Below are positions 1 to 8,765 of a stretch of 64,000 nucleotides of DNA, piece after piece. The stretch covers positions 32,001 to 96,000 of IMG/VR virus record IMGVR_UViG_3300042197_002234; one strand, 5' to 3'. Under the pieces are notes generated by a model that ran no database searches, was not told where the DNA came from, and saw only the letters and a program-made list of their open reading frames with translations. The first letter of the stretch is position 1. Each line of letters opens with the position of its first letter. This DNA comes from a virus. A program made the position numbers and the translations under genes.

Positions 1-408
1 CAAAATAATAGATTTTTAAATGGTTGCTCTTTTGAGTGGGATAGCGAAAACAACAAGTTAAGATTTTCTAAAGATTTTTATAATAGAGTTAATTTAGATA
101 TACCAATTTTACATGAAGAAATTGATATTTTTTCTGATGAGTTTACAATTGATTTTAAAAGAAGTGAAAATAAATTTTATGTACAAAACATAGTAAAACC
201 ACAAACTTTAACATTTAAAATATATGATTGTATTACTGGTGGATTAATATATGAAACAACCATGGAATTAATTCCTCAATATAATTATTTCATTTATCCA
301 TCACAAAATAACTTTGATAGTGATGAGAATTTTAAAAAATTTAGAGTTGAGGTCTTGAAAGAAAATCAAATAATACATAATGAATTTATACATTTAAAAT
401 ATGAATAA
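1..408 (+). CDS. Partial hypothetical protein (C-terminal end; begins before the window), part of glycosylation island 1
   Basis: Frame +1 is open from base 1 to TAA at 406-408 (QNNRFLNGCSFEW...HNEFIHLKYE*) and overlaps the ATG of the next gene (ATGAATAA). Not in the ORF track. Confidence 0.8.
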   Translation, partial: QNNRFLNGCSFEWDSENNKLRFSKDFYNRVNLDIPILHEEIDIFSDEFTIDFKRSENKFYVQNIVKPQTLTFKIYDCITGGLIYETTMELIPQYNYFIYPSQNNFDSDENFKKFRVEVLKENQIIHNEFIHLKYE

Positions 409-1345
409 TGTTTTTAAAATAGTTAATATAGAACCTGAAGGTAAAATACATTTTGTTTTTTCAGGGGATGAGTCGGAATGTGAAATATCCATAATAGATA
501 AAAACACAGATTTAGTTGTTCACAAGACAAATATTTGGTTAACCCAAGATGTGACTTACTGGATTTCAACAGGTGAAAAAAATGCTAAAAGATTAAAAAA
601 TGTGATTTTTAGAGTTAATTACAACGGTAAAAATTATGATGAGGAATTAAATTTTTCTGGTGAGAATAGATTTTTAGTTATTAATTCTGAACAAATAAAA
701 CTTAACAATTGTGGTGATGATTTATTTCCAATAGTGTGTGAAATATTTTACGATAAAGTTTATGAAAGAGATTTTGTAAAAGTAGGAATTGATGATATAG
801 TTGTTGATATTGGGGCTAACTATGGAGTTTTTTCATTGTACACTCAAATGTTCAAACCAAAAAAAGTATATTCTGTAGAACCTGTTAGAACCACCTTTAA
901 ACAAATGAAAAAAAATTTAGACAAATATGGTGTTGTATGTATCAACAAATCAATAAGTTCAGAAAACGGTTATGAGTCTTTTGCTATTACCGATGTTAAT
1001 GGTAATAACTACGCATTGAAAAATATTGATGGGTATCACCCATCGTCTATAAAAAACCAAGAAATTGTTGAGACAACCACAATAAACCAATTAATATCTG
1101 ATTATGATATACCTCACATAAATTTCTTAAAAGTAGATTGTGAAGGTGGTGAGTATGATTTATTTACAACAATAGATAAAGAATATTTAAAAAATAAAAT
1201 ACAGAAAACCGCAATAGAATACCACTCAAGTAATATTAAAGATACTGTGGTTTCAACACTTTTGGAAAACGGGTTTGTTGTTGAAGATATCATAGGTGAA
1301 CCTGAAATAGGATTAATATACGCATACAACAAAAACTTTAATTAA
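401..1345 (+). CDS. FkbM-family SAM-dependent methyltransferase with an N-terminal accessory beta-domain
   Basis: VVDIGANYGVFS motif I, YSVEP, INFLKVDCEGGEY and AIEYH are typical FkbM motifs. Confidence 0.9.
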   Translation: MNNVFKIVNIEPEGKIHFVFSGDESECEISIIDKNTDLVVHKTNIWLTQDVTYWISTGEKNAKRLKNVIFRVNYNGKNYDEELNFSGENRFLVINSEQIKLNNCGDDLFPIVCEIFYDKVYERDFVKVGIDDIVVDIGANYGVFSLYTQMFKPKKVYSVEPVRTTFKQMKKNLDKYGVVCINKSISSENGYESFAITDVNGNNYALKNIDGYHPSSIKNQEIVETTTINQLISDYDIPHINFLKVDCEGGEYDLFTTIDKEYLKNKIQKTAIEYHSSNIKDTVVSTLLENGFVVEDIIGEPEIGLIYAYNKNFN

Positions 1346-1346
1346 T

Positions 1347-4031
1347 ATGGTAAAGAAAAAACTTTTAGTTGTTACGCCTCACTTAAGTACTGGTGGTGCC
1401 CCTCAAGTTACTTTAAATAAAATAAAATTGTTGATAAATGATTATGAAATTAAGTGTGTTGAGCACGATTTTGTTGCGTGGAGTTTTGTTGTGCAAAGAA
1501 ACCAAATTCAAGAAATGTTGGGTGAAAATTTTATTTCATTAGGTCAAGATAAGTCTCAACTATTATCAATTATTGATGAGTTTAAACCTGATGTAATTTA
1601 TATGGAGGAGTTTCCTGAATTTTTTATGCCAGACGATGTTACAAAAATAATATATTCAAAAGATAGAAAATATACTATTTTAGAAACAACACATGACTCC
1701 AGTTTTCCTGTAAACTCAAAAAGGTGGTTTCCTGATAAATTTATTTTTGTAAGTGCGTTTAATGGTTTTAGATATTCGGTCTATGATGTACCATATGAAA
1801 TTGTTGAGTATCCTGTAGATTATAAAGAAAAAAATAAAACAGAAAATCAAAACTTATTGAATTTTGACCCGTCATATAAACATGTGTTAAATGTTGGTCT
1901 GTTTACGAGGAGAAAAAATCAAAGTTATATTTTTGAAATTGCAAAACTATTAAAAAACTATAAAATAAAATTTCACTTTTTAGGTAATCAAGCCGATAAC
2001 TTTAAAGATTATTGGGAACCTTTAATTAATGACAAACCTGAAAATTGTGTAGTATGGGGAGAAAGAAAAGACGTTCAAAGTTTTATTGAGGCATCAGATT
2101 TATTCTTTTTTGCGTCAAAGGGGGACAGACATAATAAAGAATTAAACCCTATAGCATTAAAAGAGGCTTTAGAATATAAAATACCTATGATGATGCACAA
2201 TTTAGATGTGTATTGTGGTAAGTATAACAATTACGATAATATAACATTTTTAACTGGTGATGTGAACAAAGATAGTCAAAAATTATTGGAACTATTAAAA
2301 CCATATAAAGAAAATTATGAAAACGAGTTGGTCATGATTGGTACTTATCCTAACACCAAATCAAGAGAAAAACTAACTTTAGATTGTATTGATTCTGTTA
2401 AAAAATTAGGTAGAAAAGTTATGTTAGTGTCTCACTACACTGTTTCATCCGAAATTCAAGAAAAGGTCGATTACTATGTGTATGACAAATATAATCCAAC
2501 AACTGAACATTCATACTATACAAGATTTTATAATTACAAACATGATTTTGATGTCGAAATAAATATTAATGGTTTAAAAAATACAAACCAATCTTTACCC
2601 GTACTAACAAATTTAATTAATGGTTTTAGAGCCGCAAAAGATTTAAACTTTGAAAAAGTATTTTACATAACTTACGATGTTATTTTAAACCCTAACGACA
2701 TTGAACACGTTAACAATTCATTTATTGAGGTTGATAGTCACAACGCATATCTATGTACATTACCAACCCCTTTTGGATATGGTATTGAAACTACCGCAAT
2801 GACTTTTAAAACTGATTATTTCTTGCAAAAATTAGAACATATTAGAACACCTAATGATTATAAATTATCAGTTAATAAATTTAATTGTCATAACTTTTTA
2901 GAGGATTTTTTTTGGAATGTATTTTCAAATGAGAATAATGTTAAAATTATCACAAATGAACAAAGCACATTTTTGATAAATTCAGGTAAAGGAGTTTCAT
3001 CTAATTCAGAATATTACTCTATCGTACCAATTAAAAATACAACAGATAAATGGGTGTTTTATTTTTATACCTATAATATTGATAATAGATGTGTTAATGT
3101 TGAGGTTATTGAAAATGGTGATATTTCTTTTTCTAAAAAATTTAAGATTTCAGAACAAAGGGAGTTTTTAAAAGAATTAAAATATAATGGAAATCAGATA
3201 GAAATTACATTAACTTTTTATGAAGATAATATTGTTTATAAAACAGAAAAATATGTTTTAAATAATCAAACAATAACCCAACATAAAAATAACGGATGGT
3301 TTAAATATAAAAAACTACCAAATATTAAATTAGTTCATATACAGACAACTAATAACGATGAGAGAGAACAACTCTCAAGACAATCACTACAACAAGTTAT
3401 TCCACACGGAATTAAATATACTTTACATACTAATGAATTATATAAATCACTTCCACCATCACATAATTGTGTGAGACCTCAATGCGTTTCAATGGAGTTA
3501 TTTGATGAAGAACAGGTTAAACAATTTGGTACCGCTCTAACACCCGCTCACTACGGTTGTTATGAATCTTTTAAAAATGCGATACTGTCTGAATTTGATG
3601 ACGATTTAGATTTTCTAATAGTTTGCGAAGGTGATTGTATTATTGAAGTACCAATTGATGATTTTATTCAAAAATTAAATCAGTCATGTGAAATAATTAG
3701 CCAAGCAAATATTGAGTATTTTTCTTTTGGTGATACTAAAACTTTAGATTTTGGTTGGCATCAGTCAAATGTTATTGAGGATATCCCAAATCAAGATTTA
3801 TTATTTATTACCGATAAAATAATTGGGTTACAGTGTATTATGTTTCCTCGTAAAACTAAAGAATTTTTACATCAACAATTAAGAACTCATAAGTGGGATT
3901 GTGCCGACACTTATTTTAATATGATTTTTGCTGAATATGGTTTAAAAATGGGTATACTAAAAAATAGAATAACTACACAGGCTGACGGTGTATCGTTAAT
4001 AGATAAAGAATATAAAACATTTATAAAATAA
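1347..4031 (+). CDS. Multidomain glycosyltransferase: N-terminal GT-B (GT4-like), central GT-A-like domain, C-terminal GT25-like domain
   Basis: N-terminal HLSTGGAPQV, NVGLFTRRKNQ, ASDLFFFAS...LNPIALKEAL (GT4-like); C-terminal AHYGCYESFKNAI...LIVCEGD resembles GT25 GCxxSH...LILEDD. Confidence 0.75.
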   Translation: MVKKKLLVVTPHLSTGGAPQVTLNKIKLLINDYEIKCVEHDFVAWSFVVQRNQIQEMLGENFISLGQDKSQLLSIIDEFKPDVIYMEEFPEFFMPDDVTKIIYSKDRKYTILETTHDSSFPVNSKRWFPDKFIFVSAFNGFRYSVYDVPYEIVEYPVDYKEKNKTENQNLLNFDPSYKHVLNVGLFTRRKNQSYIFEIAKLLKNYKIKFHFLGNQADNFKDYWEPLINDKPENCVVWGERKDVQSFIEASDLFFFASKGDRHNKELNPIALKEALEYKIPMMMHNLDVYCGKYNNYDNITFLTGDVNKDSQKLLELLKPYKENYENELVMIGTYPNTKSREKLTLDCIDSVKKLGRKVMLVSHYTVSSEIQEKVDYYVYDKYNPTTEHSYYTRFYNYKHDFDVEININGLKNTNQSLPVLTNLINGFRAAKDLNFEKVFYITYDVILNPNDIEHVNNSFIEVDSHNAYLCTLPTPFGYGIETTAMTFKTDYFLQKLEHIRTPNDYKLSVNKFNCHNFLEDFFWNVFSNENNVKIITNEQSTFLINSGKGVSSNSEYYSIVPIKNTTDKWVFYFYTYNIDNRCVNVEVIENGDISFSKKFKISEQREFLKELKYNGNQIEITLTFYEDNIVYKTEKYVLNNQTITQHKNNGWFKYKKLPNIKLVHIQTTNNDEREQLSRQSLQQVIPHGIKYTLHTNELYKSLPPSHNCVRPQCVSMELFDEEQVKQFGTALTPAHYGCYESFKNAILSEFDDDLDFLIVCEGDCIIEVPIDDFIQKLNQSCEIISQANIEYFSFGDTKTLDFGWHQSNVIEDIPNQDLLFITDKIIGLQCIMFPRKTKEFLHQQLRTHKWDCADTYFNMIFAEYGLKMGILKNRITTQADGVSLIDKEYKTFIK

Positions 4032-5011
4032 TGAAAAAATTAATTGTTATTGGGGCTTACCCAAATACACCAAAAAAGAAAGAAGTTTTAGTTGATGAAA
4101 TAAAATCGTTAAAATCTTTAGATTTTGATTTTATGTTGGTCACACATTATCCTACTCCTGTATATATACAGGAAATGTTTGATTACTACATTTATGATAA
4201 AAATCAAACTTTAACACCATTAGATAAAACAACATATTTTTGGTTTAATAGTGGTTCTTTTCTTGTTAGAATAAATAACTCAAGGCACGCTTTACCTATA
4301 AGTCAAAGTATGTTTAACGCTTTTAAATTTTCTGAAATAAAAAACTATGATTTTGTTTATTTTATTGAAAACGATAATTGGTTTTCAGAGAATGATTCTA
4401 AAAAACTTTCTGATTTGGTTACCACTATGTTTGAAAATAACAAAAAATGTATTTTTTTTAAACCTGAAAGTTATAGAGACAATGGTTCTTACGTTTACGA
4501 AACTCAGTTATTTGGAATAACCCCAAAATATTTTAATCAAGTTTTTAATTTACCTATAACAGAAGAAGAGTACTTTTCACATCCAACATATCCCGTTAGT
4601 TTAGAGTTAGGTTTTTATCAAAAACTTTCTGAGTTTGAAGATGATTTTTTAATAATAAATGAACACTCCTATCAATATTTTAATGAAAGTAAAATTAATA
4701 TTTTTAGGGTTGAAAATTTATTAATAGATTTAGTTTATAATAGTAAAAATCCTGCTCAACCTGTTTTGTTTTGTTATGGTAATAGAGTTTTTGACGACTT
4801 ATATAGAGTAATTGTAAGGTTAAATAACATTATAATTAATGATAGAAATTTACATTCAAACAATTGGTTTTATCAAACATTTGATTTGGATGGTAGTAAT
4901 TTGGTTTTTGAAATTTATAACAATGATGTACTACAAGAAAAAAAATCTTATACTTTAGATGAACACTTAATAGATAATTTAAAAGATAAAGGTATAATAG
5001 ATTTTAATTAA
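4031..5011 (+). CDS. Putative glycosyltransferase-like protein, paralogous to the central domain of 1347-4031
   Basis: KLIVIGAYPNTPKKKEVL...FMLVTHY...IQEMFDYYIYDK aligns by eye with ELVMIGTYPNTKSREKLT...VMLVSHY...IQEKVDYYVYDK. FIEND is DxD-like. Confidence 0.55.
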   Translation: MKKLIVIGAYPNTPKKKEVLVDEIKSLKSLDFDFMLVTHYPTPVYIQEMFDYYIYDKNQTLTPLDKTTYFWFNSGSFLVRINNSRHALPISQSMFNAFKFSEIKNYDFVYFIENDNWFSENDSKKLSDLVTTMFENNKKCIFFKPESYRDNGSYVYETQLFGITPKYFNQVFNLPITEEEYFSHPTYPVSLELGFYQKLSEFEDDFLIINEHSYQYFNESKINIFRVENLLIDLVYNSKNPAQPVLFCYGNRVFDDLYRVIVRLNNIIINDRNLHSNNWFYQTFDLDGSNLVFEIYNNDVLQEKKSYTLDEHLIDNLKDKGIIDFN

Positions 5012-5012
5012 T

Positions 5013-5558
5013 ATGGCACACAACCAACAACAAAATTTTTACGGTAGGGTTAAAAATAAATTTCCAAAATATTTTAGAGATGTTAAAGTACTTGATATAG
5101 GTTCTTTAGACATAAATGGTAATACAAAACATTTTTTTTCACATCCACTATATTATGTCGGTGTGGACCTTTCAGAAGGTAATAACGTAAATGTGGTTTG
5201 TCCTGGTCACCTTTATGATTCAGGATTCCAATTTGATGTTGTAATGTCTTCTGAGTGTTTTGAACATGATATGTATTACCCAAGGACAATATCAAATATG
5301 ATTAAACTATTAAAACCAAATGGATTAATGATATTTACTTGCGCATCTACAGGAAGACCTGAACATGGTACATTAAGGTCAAATCCTACCGACGCACCAT
5401 TTTTACAAAATATTGATGAAAAATGGGCGAATTATTATAAAAATTTAACAGAGGATGACATTAGAGCAATTATAAATGTTGAAGACATTTTCAGTGATTA
5501 CGGTTTTGAATATGAACCATCTTCATGTGATTTATATTTTTGGGGAATTAAAAAATAA
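5013..5558 (+). CDS. Class I SAM-dependent methyltransferase
   Basis: VLDIGSLDING, YVGVDL, FDVVMSSECFEH and LLKPNGLMIF motifs. Confidence 0.9.
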   Translation: MAHNQQQNFYGRVKNKFPKYFRDVKVLDIGSLDINGNTKHFFSHPLYYVGVDLSEGNNVNVVCPGHLYDSGFQFDVVMSSECFEHDMYYPRTISNMIKLLKPNGLMIFTCASTGRPEHGTLRSNPTDAPFLQNIDEKWANYYKNLTEDDIRAIINVEDIFSDYGFEYEPSSCDLYFWGIKK

Positions 5559-5564
5559 TAATTA

Positions 5565-6251
5565 ATGAATGTTGATGTAATTTGTTTAACTAACACATAC
5601 GATTACAGTATGTTTGAAGTAACAAAAAGAGTTATTAAGTCATTACATTTGTCTGAAAAAAATATTAAGTTTAATATTATTCTATTAGAAAGCAATAAAA
5701 ACAATCCATATGTATATACGGATGTTGATTTTTATATAAAACCTGAAGAAGATTTTAATTATAACAAATATTTAAATATCGCAAATAAATACCTAACATC
5801 AGATTGGGTTTTGATTACAAATAATGATGTAATCTATCAAAGAAATTGGTTTTCAAAAATATTAGAGATATATAATAAACGACCTGATATAGAATCTTTC
5901 TCACCTAAAGAAGTACTTTTTTATTCAACAATATACGGAGACCATTTTGATTCTGACGATGAATATTGGGAAAATTATAAAGTAACCGAAGGTCTTTTAG
6001 GATGGTCTTTATTAATGAAAAAAAAAGTTTGGGATGAGGTTTATCCGTGGGACGAACAATTCGATTTTTTTTATCAAGATAATGATTATGCAAAAATAAT
6101 AGAATCAAAAGGTATTAAACACGCAATAGTTAGAGATTCATTGACTTTACATATAGGTAATTTAAATTTCTTTAAAGATGTTGTTGACCACGAAAGAAAT
6201 ACAAAAATGAAAGAAGGGTATAATAAATTTTTAAATAAATGGGGTAATTAA
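5565..6251 (+). CDS. GT2-family glycosyltransferase
   Basis: FNYNKYLNIA, WVLITNNDV (DxD region), W-D-E-x-F-x-F-F-Y-Q-D-N-D-Y acceptor motif, LHIG. Confidence 0.85.
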   Translation: MNVDVICLTNTYDYSMFEVTKRVIKSLHLSEKNIKFNIILLESNKNNPYVYTDVDFYIKPEEDFNYNKYLNIANKYLTSDWVLITNNDVIYQRNWFSKILEIYNKRPDIESFSPKEVLFYSTIYGDHFDSDDEYWENYKVTEGLLGWSLLMKKKVWDEVYPWDEQFDFFYQDNDYAKIIESKGIKHAIVRDSLTLHIGNLNFFKDVVDHERNTKMKEGYNKFLNKWGN

Positions 6252-8357
6252 ATGAGAATAATACACGTAACACCAGGAATGATACCAATCCCACCTAATG
6301 GATGGGGTGCGGTAGAAAAAATAATTTGGGAATACCATAAAAATTTACAGAAGTTAGGTTATGAATCTGAAATTAGATACCTAAATGAGGTTAACTATAA
6401 AGATGGTGACATCGTACACATCCACATAGCCAATTTAGCTTTGGAGACATATGAAAGAGGAATACCATATATTTTCTCATTACATGACCACCATGTGGTA
6501 TATAATGGAAAAGATTCTTTTAATTATAAACAAAACTTAGAAGCAATTAAAAAATCAGTAGTTTCATTCTGTCACGCAGAATATTTGGTTGATTATTTTG
6601 ATGAAACCGATAAGTTGTTTTATTTGTCGCATGGTGTAAACACAGATTTCTTTAAAGTAGAAAATCCATACAGAAGTGAACATCGTTTATTGTGTTTAGC
6701 TAATAACGGAATCGGTGGTGATTCATCTTATGATAGGAAAGGTTTCAGATATGCAATTGAAGCTGCAAAAAAATTAAATTTACCAATCACTGTCGCGGGC
6801 CCCGATAACAACAAAAACTTCTTTCAACACCATTTAGATTTAATGGATTATGATAAACTAACATTGTTGTTTGATAATCCAAATGAAGACAGTATTTTAG
6901 AGTTGTATAAAAATCACTCAATATTTTTACACCCATCTTCATTAGAAGCTGGTCATCCAAATTTAACATTATTAGAGGCGATATCTTGTAATCTACCAAT
7001 AGTTGGAACTTACGAAGGTAATAGAAAAATACACGGTATGATTGTGACTGAAAGAGATTCAAATCGTGTTGCAAACTCAATTCAAGAAATAATATCAAAT
7101 TATGAATATTATGTTAATGAAACTTTTAAAAATAAAGAAAATTTTGATTGGTCTACAATAACAAATAGATTATCAAAAATGTACAATTTAGTTAGTATTA
7201 TTAAAAAAGAGTATAATTCTGAAGAAACAAAAAGTTTATTAATTAATAATATTGAAAATACATCAAGGTTTGATTATAAAAAAGATAATAACTTAACATT
7301 TAATGTTCATTTTGTAAACAACCCGTTTTTTGAAATTTTAGGTGATTCAGATAAAGAATATAATGTTCTTTTTTATGATAATGATGAACTAATTTATTCA
7401 ACAAAACTTAGAGCCAATATGTGGTCAAAACTTAATAGGTCATATTATACAAATTGGATAATTGAGGTTTACGATGAAGACAAATTAATTTATAGATACA
7501 CAACTAACTTTACAGGTAAAAGAGTTTTTATTTCATTTGACTCAAAGTCATTAGGGGATAATGTATCTTGGATACCGTATGTGTTAGAATTTAAGAAAAA
7601 ACACAATTGTAATGTTGTTGTTTCAACATTTTGGAATAAACTATTTAAGGATGTGTATCCCGAACTCGAGTTTGTTGAGCCAGGTAGTGTTGTGGATGAT
7701 TTAGTCGCAATGTATAGAATAGGATGGTTTTATGATAATAATCAAGAACCAGTTTTACCAAGTACTATTCCACTACAAAAAGCAATTACAAATATTTTGG
7801 GATTAGAGTTTGAGGAAATAAGACCAAGAATTCACTTTGAACCAAAAGAAAGATTGTTTGAGGAAAAGTATATCACAATCGCAAATGAATCTACTGCAGG
7901 TTTAAAGTTATGGAACAATCCTAATGGTTGGCCAGAATTAGTATCATATTTAAAATCAAAAGGTTATAGAGTGGTTAATGTATCTAAAAATGGTGAAAGA
8001 TTAAAAGGTGTTACACAACTAAAAGACACGTCAATTGAAAATACCATGAATGCTATTTATCATAGTGAGTTCTTTATTGGTTTATCTAGTGGGTTGTCTT
8101 GGTTAACATGGGGGTTAGGTAAACATGTAGTTATGATTTCAAACTTCACTGAGTATGACCATGAATTTACTTCAAACTGCACAAGAATTACAAACCCATC
8201 TGTCTGTCATGGATGTTGGAATAACCCTATGTTTAAGTTTGATAAGGGTGATTGGAATTGGTGTCCTGAGCATAAAGGAACTGAAAGACATTTTGAATGT
8301 CATAAATCAATAACTGCGGAAATGGTTATAGAAAAAATAAAACATTTATTACAATGA
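6252..8357 (+). CDS. Fusion of an N-terminal GT4 domain with an Aah/TibC-type (autotransporter strand-loop-strand) protein O-heptosyltransferase-like domain
   Basis: N-terminal IPPNGWGAVEK and HPSSLEAGHPNLTLLEAI (GT4). C-terminal SLGDNVSWIPY, FFIGLSSGLSWLTW and the Cys set CHGCWN...WCPEHKGTERHFEC match my recollection of the TibC/Aah catalytic and iron-finger motifs. Confidence 0.85.
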   Translation: MRIIHVTPGMIPIPPNGWGAVEKIIWEYHKNLQKLGYESEIRYLNEVNYKDGDIVHIHIANLALETYERGIPYIFSLHDHHVVYNGKDSFNYKQNLEAIKKSVVSFCHAEYLVDYFDETDKLFYLSHGVNTDFFKVENPYRSEHRLLCLANNGIGGDSSYDRKGFRYAIEAAKKLNLPITVAGPDNNKNFFQHHLDLMDYDKLTLLFDNPNEDSILELYKNHSIFLHPSSLEAGHPNLTLLEAISCNLPIVGTYEGNRKIHGMIVTERDSNRVANSIQEIISNYEYYVNETFKNKENFDWSTITNRLSKMYNLVSIIKKEYNSEETKSLLINNIENTSRFDYKKDNNLTFNVHFVNNPFFEILGDSDKEYNVLFYDNDELIYSTKLRANMWSKLNRSYYTNWIIEVYDEDKLIYRYTTNFTGKRVFISFDSKSLGDNVSWIPYVLEFKKKHNCNVVVSTFWNKLFKDVYPELEFVEPGSVVDDLVAMYRIGWFYDNNQEPVLPSTIPLQKAITNILGLEFEEIRPRIHFEPKERLFEEKYITIANESTAGLKLWNNPNGWPELVSYLKSKGYRVVNVSKNGERLKGVTQLKDTSIENTMNAIYHSEFFIGLSSGLSWLTWGLGKHVVMISNFTEYDHEFTSNCTRITNPSVCHGCWNNPMFKFDKGDWNWCPEHKGTERHFECHKSITAEMVIEKIKHLLQ

Positions 8358-8734
8358 AAATAGAAGTATCAATTGGTGAGATTGTTGACAAATTAACAAT
8401 TTTGGAAATTAAAAAAGATAAAATAAAGGATGAAAATAAATTGGTTGATATCTTAAAAGAGTATAACTATTTAAAAGATGTTGTAACAAATGAAATTGGA
8501 TTTTCATTAGAATCCGAAGAATATAAAGATTTATTGGAAACAAATAAAAAACTTTGGGATATTGAAGACCATATTAGAAATAAAGAAAAAAGAAAATCTT
8601 TTGATATTGAATTTATTGAGTTGGCTAGAAATGTGTATATTACAAATGATGTTAGAGCATCACAAAAAAAAGATATAAATCTGAAACTTAATTCAGAATT
8701 TATAGAACACAAATCATATTCTGACTATAAATAA
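8354..8734 (+). CDS. Small helical protein resembling the DUF6165 family
   Basis: EVSIGEIVDKLTILEIK...LWDIEDHIR...FIELARNVYITNDVR...K..IN pattern, recognised from memory. Confidence 0.65.
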   Translation: MKIEVSIGEIVDKLTILEIKKDKIKDENKLVDILKEYNYLKDVVTNEIGFSLESEEYKDLLETNKKLWDIEDHIRNKEKRKSFDIEFIELARNVYITNDVRASQKKDINLKLNSEFIEHKSYSDYK

Positions 8735-8765
8735 AAAAAGGGGGGTTTTAAAACTCCCTTTTTTT
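8733..8765. terminator. Bidirectional intrinsic terminator between convergent genes
   Basis: A7-GGGGGG-TTTTAAAA-CTCCC-T7 hairpin with U-tracts on both strands. Confidence 0.8.
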
